Below, piece after piece: positions 14,506 to 26,348 of a stretch of DNA of 64,000 nucleotides. Source of the DNA: Neoechinorhynchus agilis (lineage: Eukaryota > Animalia > Acanthocephala); NCBI GenBank assembly GCA_051530055.1, contig CM121342.1, forward strand, positions 13,159,480 through 13,223,479. Reading direction: 5' to 3'. The stretch's first letter is position 1. Each line of letters starts with the position of its first letter. The notes under the pieces are model-generated. The model had not been told where the DNA came from and did no database searches. It saw only the letters and a program-made list of their open reading frames with translations. Position numbers and translations under genes: made by a program.

Positions 14506-16323
14506 ATGTGCTCTTTGATGCCGAGAAGCAGTCTGAAATTCAGTATTGACTCAATATTAAACGTTGTGGAGACGTCCAGCGATTATAGGCAAATCAGACC
14601 ATTCGAAAATTTCTTTGCCCAAAACCTTCTGGATCATCATATCAGAATAAACGATTTTCTATTATCTTCATCAACCTGGAATTCCTTAGCATCGCATACA
14701 ATCTCAAGTTCGATTGATCAATACCAATGGAAGAGCAATTTCAATAATACGTCTATTAATAAATCACTGAACCGTAAGTACAATAAATTCATTAAGCCAA
14801 TCTGTTTTATATAACTATGGACTCAATTTTAATACAGCACGTGAGGGCGTGTTTTTATCTGGTTTATTTAGTTCAGAAAATGAAAGATTTATAATATAAT
14901 TGCTTTTTAAGCGAGTTATATTTTAAGTTTTACTATCAAGCCGGTTTGTTTCTTGTCATCATTAAATTTTAATGTCATATATCATTGTCCTCGGGGTGAA
15001 TTTGATTGTACGTTGGCTAATCCTGTCCCCGGTGTTGCAGTTGAAAAAAACTTGCAAATAATAGAGACTGAAGAGGCAAGGAAAACCTTGCGAAATATTT
15101 CTCAAATAAATAAATGAGTAACGACAACACCGGGGACAGGATTCGCCATCGTACCATTAAATTTTAGTTTGTCCCTTATACCCGGCTTATTTTTTAAGCG
15201 ATAAGCAACTTGTCGTAAAATTAAAATATAAACAAATAAAAATTTACATAAATTTACAACACTATCGAATTCGATCTTCGTCTTTATTTAAGTTTAGAAT
15301 TTTGCGGAGAATTTTTTATAGGAAAAACACCTATTTTTAAAATCGCATCCTGGGTCTTTGCGTTTGAACGAAATTTATGATAGAAAATCTAATAAGAATA
15401 ATTAATCAATTCTAGAGATTTTAGAAATCTAATTTAATTAGTATTAAATAAATAAAGCTGAGCGATTAAAAACGTTAAAAAGTAAATTTGGTGTTCATGA
15501 TTTTAAGTCTAGAATCGAGCTATTTTATACGTTTTTACTCTCATTTCAGCACAGTTTATTGATCGTTCGCTACTTAAATTTCTACTAAGCCAACTTGGTG
15601 CATCCGTAAATATGCATATTTTTAAATTAATGGTAGTGAACGGATACAATAAATCACATAAACACGCCCATTTTTTGCTAATGGCTTTCGTTATTTATGT
15701 CAGATGTCCAACTTGTGACACTTAGCAATCGGTTTAATCCCAAATGATTGGAACTTGCAATTGAATCCATAAGGCCATAGTAATAATCGACATATTAGTT
15801 TCACAGTCATAATTAATTATTTATCGTCCACATTGCCATTCCGCAATTAGTTTTGGAGTGTCTGGATGGTATCAAAGAGAATCTGCTTACAGTTATTGAG
15901 ACACTAAAATGTCACAACGGTAGAAGAAATTTAACATTGCTAGTATTAGGCGATGGAATTGTCAACATTGGAAGAAAAGTGTTCCAAAAAAAATTCGCCT
16001 TGTATTTAGTTTTTGGTACAAATCATTTGACCCAACAATCGACTGAAGTAAAAATTGACTGTTCATCAAGAAGGAAAAAACCGAGAACATCCTTCAGCAA
16101 GAATCAAGTTGTCAAGCTGGAAAAAAAGTTTAAGGAACAAAAATATTTATCGTCGGTTGAGCGAGCTAGCTTGGCTGAAGCTTTAGATATGACTGATGCC
16201 CAGGTCAAAACTTGGTTTCAGAACAGACGAACTAAATGGAGACGACAGCATTCAGATGAACAATTTTCGGCAAAGGAAATACAATGCGTTCAGAATGATA
16301 ACGTAAGCACTGTAAATGATTAA
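14506..16323 (+). CDS. TLX: Tlx-family (NKL class) homeobox protein, 2 exons
   Basis: Exon 1 has the eh1 motif FSIDSIL and a donor GTAAGT at 14774. Exon 2 (from about 16009) encodes [59 protein letters not shown]; [20 protein letters not shown] is the Tlx signature. Confidence 0.88.
15008..15154. mobile_element. MITE-like element B in the Tlx intron
   Basis: 30-bp inverted termini gtacgttggctaatcctgtccccggtgttg / caacaccggggacaggattcgccatcgtac (28/30 match) around an AT-rich core. Confidence 0.75.
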
Positions 16324-16764
16324 ATATATTGTTAATTTAACGTACTGCTTGATAATTCCTTGATTTTGAAATTAATAGTGCATAAAAAATTATTGAATTT
16401 TTTAGGTAGCCAAAAGTTGTATTTATTGGGGTGATTTTAATTTTTTTTATTTATTTCTAATGATTATTCATATAAAATCATTAAATAAACTATAACGAAA
16501 CTAAATCTGATTCGCTGAAATGCTCTTTCAATCACGCCGTGTTAATTAAAATGATCGAAGCGGTTTTACCATATACTTAGTTTCTGTTGGTAAGATTTTA
16601 AGCAAAGGGCAAACATAAACCCTTTTAAAGCATTTGTGAAATCAATTAAATCAAGATTATTACGCAGAACGAAAAACGTTTACAATTATTTTGTAAAATA
16701 ACCGATTTAAATAAAATCAACTATTTTGGTATGTAAAAAGTTAAACAGTTATAAGGCTGTATGG

Positions 16765-17043
16765 AGAGTTGGGCCCAATGGCCGTGTGGTGTGCGCGTTC
16801 ATAATGCGCTCGATATGTCGATGCCTCAACGCCACCGGTCGCTGGGTTCCACGGGTGTGCGAGGCTGCTGGAAGGGTGGGAATCAGGTTTGCGATCACCC
16901 ATAGGCCCAAAAAAAGTGGGTTGACCCTGTCCCTTCGAGTGCGGCTATGTGCATCCGATGTGTGCAAGTCAGCCGAAAGGCTCCCAAAAAAGGAATATAG
17001 CCGAAAGTCTCAAAGGAAGATGTCTCAAGACAAATCAATCAAT
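16765..17043 (+). mobile_element. Candidate tRNA-head SINE or structured ncRNA
   Basis: Isolated GC-rich island with an A-box-like TGGCCGTGTGG, a weak B-box-like GGGTTCCAC, hairpins (gggtg..caccc; gccGAAAggc) and a (CAAT)n-type tail aatcaatcaatc. Confidence 0.4.
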
Positions 17044-18094
17044 CTGAAGAACATAACCATGCGTATGTCTGACTGTAAGGATAAATAAAAAAGTATAGAG
17101 AAAGCAACTTTTTAGGAAAATTATGTTAACTGAATTATTTCAACAATTATCGCGAATAAAAAGTAAATGATCATGTTCGATATATCATCAATTCACAAAA
17201 TCCTATTTTCCTTCAATAAAAATTTTCAAATACTGATGATAATGAATTCTCCTCAGCGGAAAAATTACAAAATTTATTGATTCTGATATTTCATCGAATA
17301 AAATACTTTATTGTGCCTCCGAAATACTGGAGTTAATAAAATCTTGTAATTTTTCCGCCATATAAAAACATCAATATTTCAATCTTCAAACAAGCTATCT
17401 AAAGTGAGTGTGTAGAGCATCTTAAAATTTGGAATGTAATTGAAGTTGGTTGGAGTGTAATATTTTTTAACATTTGATCAATCTAATCATAAAAGCGTGC
17501 TTGCTAGAAACAGACAAAATGTGACCCACCGGAAAAATGAGATAGGCGTTGCGGCTCTCAGCTAAAAGATCTGGTAACGAACTGTTGGTATTTCATTAAG
17601 ATAATTAAATGGCTCGATAATAAATGGCCGTTTCCAGTGCAACACGAAACAAAACTTGAGTATGTATTGAAAAACAATAAAAAATCTTAAATCATGTTAG
17701 TTTTTTGAAAAGCTAAATTACGAGAATTTAAGTAAGATTCTGCGGGATGTGAACCATCGTAAAATTTTGGTGCAAGTAGGGTCTGAATTTGGAATAAAGA
17801 ATTAAACTCCGATCTACCTACATCGCGAACTCTTTTTAATCAACATTGATGATGATGCCCGTTGACAAAAAATAGTTCTTGGTGGCATGATTCAGCTACC
17901 TAAAAAAAGTTCAATCAAACTTTAGCAAATGAATCAGTTTTTCAAGCAAAAAATGGAAGGATAGGCACTTTTGAATCTACAACTAAGATCGTCGACTACA
18001 TTGAAGCATCATAAATTATTCAGTCTTCAATGATGAAAAGGTTTTACTTATTGAACTGAACGCAATTCGAAAGAACATTCTTACAGTTTTTGCG

Positions 18095-18200
18095 ATCAAA
18101 ATTCAAAACTAATGGCACTGTTCGAGATTTATCATTAAGTCGCCCGCGCGAACCATTGCGGCGGTTATTAATCACTGGCATCGGTAAAAAAAGTGCCGTT
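18095..18200 (+). mobile_element. Possible Tc1/mariner-like transposase N-terminal remnant
   Basis: KFKTNGTVRDLSLSRPRE resembles the KFxxTGSVxDxxRSGRP motif; flanks are broken. Confidence 0.3.
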
Positions 18201-18463
18201 TAGATCCAAACCATCCGTGGAATTCTAAAAATAATCCATTCCAGAATGACGAAAAGTTTTAATAGAAGTTTCATCGTTTTGAACGCTCTTGTTTTCGCCC
18301 AATTTGAGTTCTAATTTCAATTGAACCCAAATATTTTTTGAACACCGGTTTTCCGAACTCTTAAAAAGTAAGAAATTCCGAATCAATAATGATATTTTAT
18401 CTCATGATCATTATGACAAACCTTTTTCAGAATTGACCAATTAGAATCCTCTTTCTTTTAGAA

Positions 18464-18504
18464 CTGATGATGAACCCGACGAGGTTCGAAACGACCTTAA
18501 TAAA
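18464..18504 (+). ncRNA. Minimal hammerhead-ribozyme motif, family 1
   Basis: CTGATGA T GAACC cgacga GGTTC GAAAC gacctt AATAAA; related copies at 28487 (-), 29400 (-), 51955 (-) and 51999 (+). Confidence 0.6.
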
Positions 18505-20169
18505 TATGCATTAACAGGGTGTAGACCAAAACAATAATTCTAATCATGTACTCTTCGGTACTTAACATATCGACACTTTCTATCACATTTTTCACTAAGA
18601 ATTTAAACTACAACGCCACTTAATACGAGTGTGCATGCTCGATAAAACATAATCACAATAAGCCGATAAGAACTACGAAATCGACATAAAATAAGGATAT
18701 AATCAAATTCGCTTATTTTGCATAGAATTTGTTATTGCTAACTCTGAACAATGCTGAAATCATATCGTTCAAGACTAGATGATGCGTTTGAATGGTATAA
18801 TTTTTTGCATCTTCGTTAAATTTAATAGCTTTCTCATTCTCCAAACAATAGAATAGGAAAGCTTCATTACTTGTTGTAGAGCAGCGCAAAAAACGAGATC
18901 TTAGTCCATATTTTTTGACCATCTCCCTTCATTCGTGACTCATTTGCACCACAAGTAAGCCAAAATGCGTCCTCGCTCCTTTATTTATTAGTCCGAAGGA
19001 GACCGACAATGTACCCTAATGCATTATTACCTATTGGTTTTTCTATATAATTACCTGGAAAATGTTTTATGAATTGATATTCTGCTTTTTGTATTTTTTC
19101 TTTTAACAATTATCGAATTCCTTTCCTTAAATATTCACATTGTTTACTTGAACAACTGTAGAGTACTACTGATTCTCTGCTTAACGTTAAAAACCGACTA
19201 GATGACCGTATTTCACTAGGTCTGGATTACTGCGAAAAGGAATAAGATACAGTGATTTTATATTCAAGTTTGATCTCGTGCCACTAAAGGCAAATAAAAT
19301 AATTTCGCGAACAGGAAGCTTGAAAATGAACACGAAATAGGAATAAATCCTTGAATCTATTGACAGATATCCCCAGAAGATTATCATTTTTAAACTAAAG
19401 AAATAATTTACATCATCATTTTGAAGTATCTTTCTTTTAAGATGTGAACTATTGAGACTAACATAAACGAGGCACGATCACCTCAGCCTACAATCTGATC
19501 CCAACAAAAATAATTAGATCTGATTTCATTTATGAAAACAGAGTTAGCTCTACAAAGGTAAAAGTTGATGGTTTGAATGCTTTGCTTCAACGAAATAGCT
19601 CCTAATGTTTTCATTTTCCATTTGAAAGGATCGATATAGCTCGCTATTAAGTTCTTTTAGTGAACGACTTATCCCTACAATTTGATGTAGTAGATCACGA
19701 GAGCTATAGATGCTGAGTAATGTTTATCGCATATTATAACAACACAGTCAGTCTATGGAGTACATTTGAACTCGATCAACTATCAATACATTTTCCTATA
19801 AAATCAAAAATGATCAATAGCCATTTACTATTACTTGGTATACTGCAAGATAAACATTGTTTCTTGTGGATTATTGCACGGAATCTCCCATGTTATTTCC
19901 CAATCTTGCGTCGTCTTATGTGTTTTATGCGATCATTCCACCTCTTAGCAGAAAAATCAGATTCTCGATAAATAACAAGACCCATCAAAAATACACGATT
20001 GATCTCATTACATTTGTTTGCTCCATGTAAAACAAGCTCCAAAACTCATTTGCGTAACAGGAATCCACGCGAAATGGGGCGCGAATGAGAAATTTTGCTT
20101 ATCAAACTTCATTAATGTCCTCTATACCCTGATTTTATACTCTTCAGATATAAATATAAACGAGAAATA

Positions 20170-23150
20170 TGTATATGGAAGAGATTTGGACAAATGATTC
20201 CCATCCTGTAATACTCCGTTGGCTCACGGAATGCAAGGTTAGTCCATTGAAAATCTGTATTAGTATCGTAAAGCTAAAATGATTTCAAGGTTAAGGGTAT
20301 AAAAGATGATTCGCATCTGACTGAAAGTTTGATTACCGAACTATATGATTGTTTCGATACAAGTGATCTTAAGGTTTAGTCACTGAAATCTCAAGTTAAT
20401 TGCGAAACTCAAATAACTCAATAGCTTCTTCGTCTTATCAGCGCACAATTGTTCGAATCTTTCAAGGAAGCAACAGCTCAACCACTTGTTAGCCACATTT
20501 TCCCCTTGTACATGTATTCGTACTTAAATTGGATCGAGCAGAATAAAGAAAAGGTTTTCTGAGAATTCTGAAATAGAAAACAAGCGACAAGATATCAACT
20601 CTTAGGAATTTATTGCTTGCCTAGAAACATTCTTGATTGGTGTCTACAATCTTGCACTCTCGACCGATATTTATGCCCAAATGGCGATACGAGTACCATT
20701 GGCCAATGTCCGAACACCGTTCAGCACTTCTACAGTCAGTATCCTGAATTTACGTTTTTGTATTTAATCATTCTAGCAGGAAATAACCACAATGATGTCC
20801 ATACAACCTCCGCCCCCCAATCACATACGGATCTGTACACAACATTTCGCGATGGTGTCAGTCGTTAATGTACGACGAATTGGCGATAATTCCGGTAACA
20901 GGTACATCATTTAAGGCAGAAATAGATACGCTGAGCATTCTACTCTTATGCAGTGTTCATCGGTTTTAAAGATTGAGTTCAATAAAAGGCCCAGACGCGC
21001 TTTGTGCTTGGATTTTATTTCGGTAATTTCCACGCCGGAACCTTCGTGATTACAACTTTGACTACTAAAAATTGTGATATGAAAACGTTCTATTTCACAA
21101 ACAAAACGATACTTTGCTTCATTTTCTAAAGAGATAAAAAGTCGTTAAATTTAACATAGAAAAATTAAATGCAAGGATAAATAAAACGCGATTATACCAT
21201 TTAACGTTAAGGCGGGTTTCATTGAATAGTATTGGTAATTTTGTCCTTTAAATATTCTAGTAATTTCGGCAATTTTATAACCGATCGTTTTCTTAGAAAT
21301 ACAGTGTTTACCTTACTTCTTGCTCTGTATAATCAATTCGTTTCCGCTTGCAATTGCAACGTTTCGAGGAGATGTATATGCCAATTAAGTTACAAGTAAG
21401 TTAGAACGTTCTTTAAGTGCACTATCGATTGTCTTGCATTTAGATTGGCGACTCAAGGATGTTCATTCGGACCAAAGGATCAGCAAAGACGTCTAGATAA
21501 AAGCGGAAATGTTGTTGGACGACGAAAGCTCGTTGTGTCCGACTCACTATTCGTTCAACTACTTCACGCCTTACATTTTATCATGTAAGAATCCAAACTG
21601 AATTCATTTCTGAGTTGGTCGAATCGGGTTTAGATTTCATTAAAAAAATTTATTTATTAATGTAGCATTTATATTTACAATATTATGGAAAGCCTCTTTT
21701 CCCAACACCCTCATGTTTTATTCCAGATTTATTATCGAACGGAAAATGGGTGTTTTATTTATTTATTACTTCAAATTTTCGACGCCTTGCGTCTTCGTCA
21801 GGAAACTTTTCTTCGGTTATCTGAAAAGGAATCAGGGGAGGGCATAAGGGGGATGAGCTGACGAAGACGCAAGGCGTCGAAAATTTGGAGCAATAAATAA
21901 ATAAAACACCCATTTTCCGTTCGATAATAAATCTGGAATTTATATTTACACTTCAAACAATCATTAAGGAAATCATTCAAACGGACTTACAGGAGATTGG
22001 AATGGTTTCTATCTTAGGATGCGGTTCGTTTGTTCTATATATTATTTTTAGTTAAAACTGCAAAAAGCCCAAATGTTTGAAGATTGAATTGTTCATGTTT
22101 GCATCTGACGTAAAAATTAAAAGGATTTATTGGTTCCGATATTTCGGCACAATCTTGTGGCGAATAAAACACTTTAATCACCTTGATAAAGGCACAAGAG
22201 TGTGCCGAAATATCGGAACCAATAAATCCTTTTAATTTTTACGTCAGATGAAAACATAAACCTAAATACTTTTAAACTGTATTGTTTCGGCCGAAGAATA
22301 AAAAGACAATTATAGTTTGTTGAAATGGAACCTATGGTTATTCTAATAACGTTACTAAGCCATAACCTCAAATTGTTTTTTCAATGACTCTACAATTTAG
22401 ATACAATGATAAAAACATTGATGATGCATTTAAAGCTGTAGTCGGCATTCTAAAACGAGCGGAAAATGAAGTTATGGTTGAGTCACTTTTGGTGAGGATC
22501 TTAATTTTTTTGCTTTTCTTAACTTTCGATCAAAGTAGGTTGCAAGAGCAGTGAGGAGATGCTTCGAAGCATCCTCATCTGTAAATGAAAATGTCGTAGC
22601 GAATAGAATCTTCTTTAGTTAAGAATAAAAGGAGATTCTTCGCATAGAGACTGACGTCGAAGTTTTTAGCACCAGTTCACGACAGCCAAAAAGGCAACCT
22701 GCACTGAGTTTCAGCAAAACAACAGCTATCAGTGGTCGTTATGCCACACAACAACGGCCGTCTTCGCCCGCGGTATCTAGTGAAGATGAAGGACGCGAAG
22801 CAAACAACCAAAATGAACCTTTGGCAAATTCCGTCCCGCAACCCAGTGCATTTATAGCTCATAAGTCTAGGCGGTCAAAGCAATCCTTTTTGTCCACACG
22901 TAGGAAAAGCAAATATATTTCGGAAGAGTCAGATCAGATTGAACTTAAAGATGATGCTCCCGGTCTATCTGCGGACGATAATGATGAAAGTGATGATGAT
23001 TCACGGCTGTCCGTCACCAACGTAGTTCGGTTGCCTTTTTTGAGGCAGAAACTGCCTACACGTACTGCTGGTACGCCCTTGATCCGGACGATAACAAAAA
23101 GGAGACGAACACTATACAGTGCACTAGCGAAGCTACACGGTGGTAAGAAA
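20170..23150 (+). CDS. Unassigned multi-exon gene (probably extends further on both sides)
   Basis: Phase-consistent exons bounded by AG/GT: ..ILRWLTECK|VKGIKDDSHLTESLITELYDCFDTSDLK (20290-20373)|LLRLISAQLFESFKEATAQPLVSHIFPLLH; FTLLLALYNQF..LSYK|LATQGCSFGPKDQQRR..; RYNDKNIDDAFKAVVGILKRAENEVMVESLL|VARAVRRCFE; then an acidic/basic low-complexity exon to about 23143. Family not recognised. Confidence 0.55.
21720..21939. ncRNA. 82-bp inverted repeat made of two divergent hammerhead motifs (family 2)
   Basis: Arms 21720-21801 and 21858-21939 (80/82 match). Each reads outward as CTGACGA A GACGC aag GCGTC GAAA ATTT G(A/G)AG(T/C) AATAAA. Confidence 0.7.
22075..22257. mobile_element. MITE-like family A, full copy
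   Basis: About 65-bp internal inverted repeat (22095-22159 / 22193-22257) plus the family-A leader tgtttgaagattgaattgttc. Confidence 0.8.
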
Positions 23151-24082
23151 TAAATTTGTTGTTCTTTTTATCTAAAGTTATTAAACCTGTGGACTTAACG
23201 CTCCGCTTGACAGCCGTAAAGCCATTCGATACTATGTCACTTTAAATTAATTTCAAACTTGTTCAAAACAGTACGAAAAGCATAGGAGCTTGCTTAGTTT
23301 TAAAAATGCGATTTTGTTATTCAGATCATATACAGAAAATAATTTCTGCTCACTTGATTGAGAGAAAATGCTAATAGATTATAAAATCATTGAAAATCAG
23401 CACATTTCAATTCATAGCCGTTATCAAGGACTGAGGCTCAAATCGCTTCCTTGAATCTATAAAAAAAGAACTTTTCAGAAGAAACCTTGTGAGTTCGCTG
23501 ATGTCAATGACTGTACTCACTTAAAAATACAAAGAAATGCTACGAACGATACATGAAGTCCGTTTGTCCCCAACTGAACAATCAATATACAGATTGGTTT
23601 AAGATTTGCCGCAAACCATTCTGTGGAGCGAAGTTCGGAAACTAGGAAAACTATTATTACGCCAACAAAATACTACTCCAAACCCAATAAGTTCTCTTTT
23701 TAAACAATAATCTGAATTCTAACTTTTTGATCACTTGCATTTTAGTTTAAAGTGTTCAAAAAATCCGTAAACGTAGTGAGGTTCTCTTCGCTTCTACTTG
23801 ACATTAAAATGAACTGGCACAAAATATTAAAGAAAAATCTGAGTTTAAAAACATTGGATTTAATTTGTCTTTAATATCGGTATAAAATCACAACATTTAA
23901 GTTAAGAAGACCCTTCTGCTAATAAGCGGAACGAGATTCGCTCACATCAAGGGAAAGTATCGATGTCAACCCAACAACCTTGGCTATTCGCCTGCACTAT
24001 TTGAAAAATCGCTAGATTATCAAGGATATTAATACTTACTAGGCGCATGTGGATTTGTAAAACAATCTCAATGCTCGTTTAA

Positions 24083-24127
24083 ATTCCTACTGTCTCAGTT
24101 TCCAAAGGAACAGATCTGGAGAGTAAC

Positions 24128-24164
<37 letters not shown>
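24083..24164 (+). pseudogene. Orphan 28S (LSU) rRNA fragment
   Basis: 37-nt match to the conserved eukaryotic LSU sequence AGCGGGGAAAGAAGACCCTGTTGAGCTTGACTCTAGT (24128-24164), with a degenerate upstream ATTCCTACTGTC..CCAAAGGAAC; no flanking rDNA. Confidence 0.8.
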
Positions 24165-24636
24165 GAGTCCATCATTGTTTCTTTACTGAGTGATTCAATT
24201 GACGGTTTCATAATTTCTTCGACCGATCAAAACAATACGGGGAATCACGGGACTTCTGTGGAGTATTTTAACGCTGAACACTGTAGCAATAGTTTATCTT
24301 CTATTTGTGTGAATTCTGTGTGGATAATTTAAATGGCTTTAGAGCTATTTGACAATGGCTTATTAGTTCCCGTCTCTATTGATATGAACATATTTTTGGT
24401 GAATTAAAGAATTTTTATATTTATCAATTATATTTTTCACTTCCTGATCACTGATACTTGTTCTTATTAGAATTAAAAAACTGTGCACTTCTAAATGCCT
24501 AATCTCTTGCGATGTCTACCGCAAAATCATTTCTTTATTTTTAACTTTTTCGTGTTCGTATTATCGATAATGTAAAATCTATTTCTGGCTAGGACGGTAC
24601 GATGCTTTCTAAAGTATAAAAGTTTTTGTTGAGAAC

Positions 24637-24759
24637 ATAGAGATTAATTAAATTAATTCCATCATTCGTCCGTCTCGTCGGAGCGGATTAAACACTTTAA
24701 CAACTTGAAGAAGTCCGACTAGACGGACGAACTTTTGAATTAATTTAATTAATCTCTAT
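24637..24759. mobile_element. MITE-like element C
   Basis: Perfect inverted termini atagagattaattaaattaattc / gaattaatttaattaatctctat, plus an inner IR ttcgtccgtct / agacggacgaa. Confidence 0.7.
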
Positions 24760-24859
24760 TTTCGCAATCAACAAAAAAATATACCCATGAACAACTTCTA
24801 AGGTTCGTGAATCGTTTCTCAAAGACGATTTGATGGCGTCAGGAAGGACATCCGACTTT

Positions 24860-25445
24860 AAATCTCAATTGCTTTAGTCATATATTTGCGATTTGGTTCA
24901 TTCAATTCGATCTGATGTGCAATTATAATCGGGTTCAAAAAGTAAACGAGGTCGATAGCGTTCTTGTACATCCAATTGACTCTACTGATCCTCTGGAATT
25001 ATGTCCAATAACCCGATCAAACGGTCTCACCTTCTTCATATATCATAAACTTAAATACACTCTTCAGTCTGGCGAGTTGCGACCTGTTCAATATCCCGAT
25101 ACACTGAGAGACCAGCAGTATCTCAATACTTACAGTCTGAACAGAATTTGAATTGAGGCGGTGAATCTAAGGACCGAATCAAATGGATGTCAAAATACCC
25201 ACCTTCCTAAGTCGCCTTAGGGTAAGAGCACAGGCTCCTTTGTTCGTTTTTCAAATACTCTGTGTCATCTTAAGCTGTATTAACGATTATTGGTACTATA
25301 GTCTTCTAACGCTCAGTCCACTCATCGTTTTCGAAAATATTCTTGTCGTCGAACAAAAGAGAAACATGTCTCGGATTAGGTCAATGGGAAACAAACCGTT
25401 CATGCTGCTCGTTTATAGAGACCGAAAGTGGAAAACGGTGTCCAG
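24860..25445 (+). pseudogene. ATP13A1: Truncated P5A-ATPase (ATP13A1-like) N-terminal fragment
   Basis: RAQAPLFVFQILCVILSCINDYWYYSLLTL..QKRNMSRIRSMGNKPFMLLVYRDRKWK matches ATP13A1 [52 protein letters not shown]. There is a stop at 25149-51 and a frameshift before 25183, and homology ends abruptly before the A domain. Confidence 0.8.
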
Positions 25446-26061
25446 CTTAATTTTAGATTTTCATTCAGTTGCGGGAAAATTGATGAAAAAGTGAACACTT
25501 TTCTCTAAGGAAGTGTGGAAACCAAAGTTTTTAGAAAATCGTAGATTCTCATCAGATATAGCCCTAATGAATAATTCTTTTACGTTTTGCCTTCGTGTAA
25601 TATTAAGAGTTATATCATAGAGAATTGTCGTCGGAGTGAATTTGATTTGAGTTTGGCGATGTTTTTTCCCCGGATTGTTGTTGGTATTGATCATTTATTT
25701 AAAATATTTCGTGAGCTTTTTGCTTACCTCTTCAGTTAGATCTACAAATTAGGTTAAAGTCAACATTGGACTATAGGCTCGGATCCGCGGGTGCCAAACT
25801 CGAATAAGTAGTTATGTTCTTCAAAAGATGTGACCCATTTCAACGTTTGTCATTGGACATTTAAGAAACGATTTTAAGGAACGAAAAGTATTTTTGCATA
25901 TTTTGCTAGGAGAAAGCGACATTTTTAAAAGATCGTGTACCATATTCATTTTTCTGAAGATGGATATAATGGAAGATCTTTTTATGTTTTCTCCCCTTTA
26001 GGACTGAAGACGTGCTTAATTTTCATTAAATTCTAAATTCTTATAAGATTATCGTTTTTCT

Positions 26062-26163
26062 CAATGTGTGGCCTTTTTATCACACGACTGATAATTTTTG
26101 AGCAGACCGGTGGCTGTGTGCCCAAGGAAAATTATCAGCCGTGTGATAGAAGGCCACACATTG
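26062..26163. mobile_element. MITE-like element D
   Basis: About 36-bp inverted arms caatgtgtggcct..tatcacacg.ctgataatttt / aaaattatcag.cgtgtgata..aggccacacattg. Confidence 0.7.
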
Positions 26164-26348
26164 ATATAAGTTACCTGCTGGCCAATCTTTATAAAAATTA
26201 TCGTTTTTATCGAATAAAAGCATATTTCTTTCGGCCTCTTGATAGGAGTGTTAGAATCCACCATCAAATCATAATCTTGCAAATCAACGCTAAACAAACT
26301 TCGAGAATAATATTCAAGGCGTGATTTTAATCGTTCATTGGCCTCGGA

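Noticed and set aside
16775-16990. HDV-like or twister ribozyme in the GC island
   Set aside because: A P1-like pairing (GGCCGTG/TGCGGCT) exists, but P3, P1.1 and J4/2 cannot be placed, and no twister motif is present
20902-20919. Apparent 18-nt GT-AG micro-intron or stop readthrough (frame continues through TAA)
   Set aside because: A normal ~63-nt intron with a GTCAGT donor near 20857 and the same acceptor restores the frame
21400-21600. Minus-strand YMIKCKA..VSRTQRA resembling a decayed GIY-YIG endonuclease
   Set aside because: The plus strand gives a clean AG/GTAAG-bounded, phase-consistent exon of the unassigned gene
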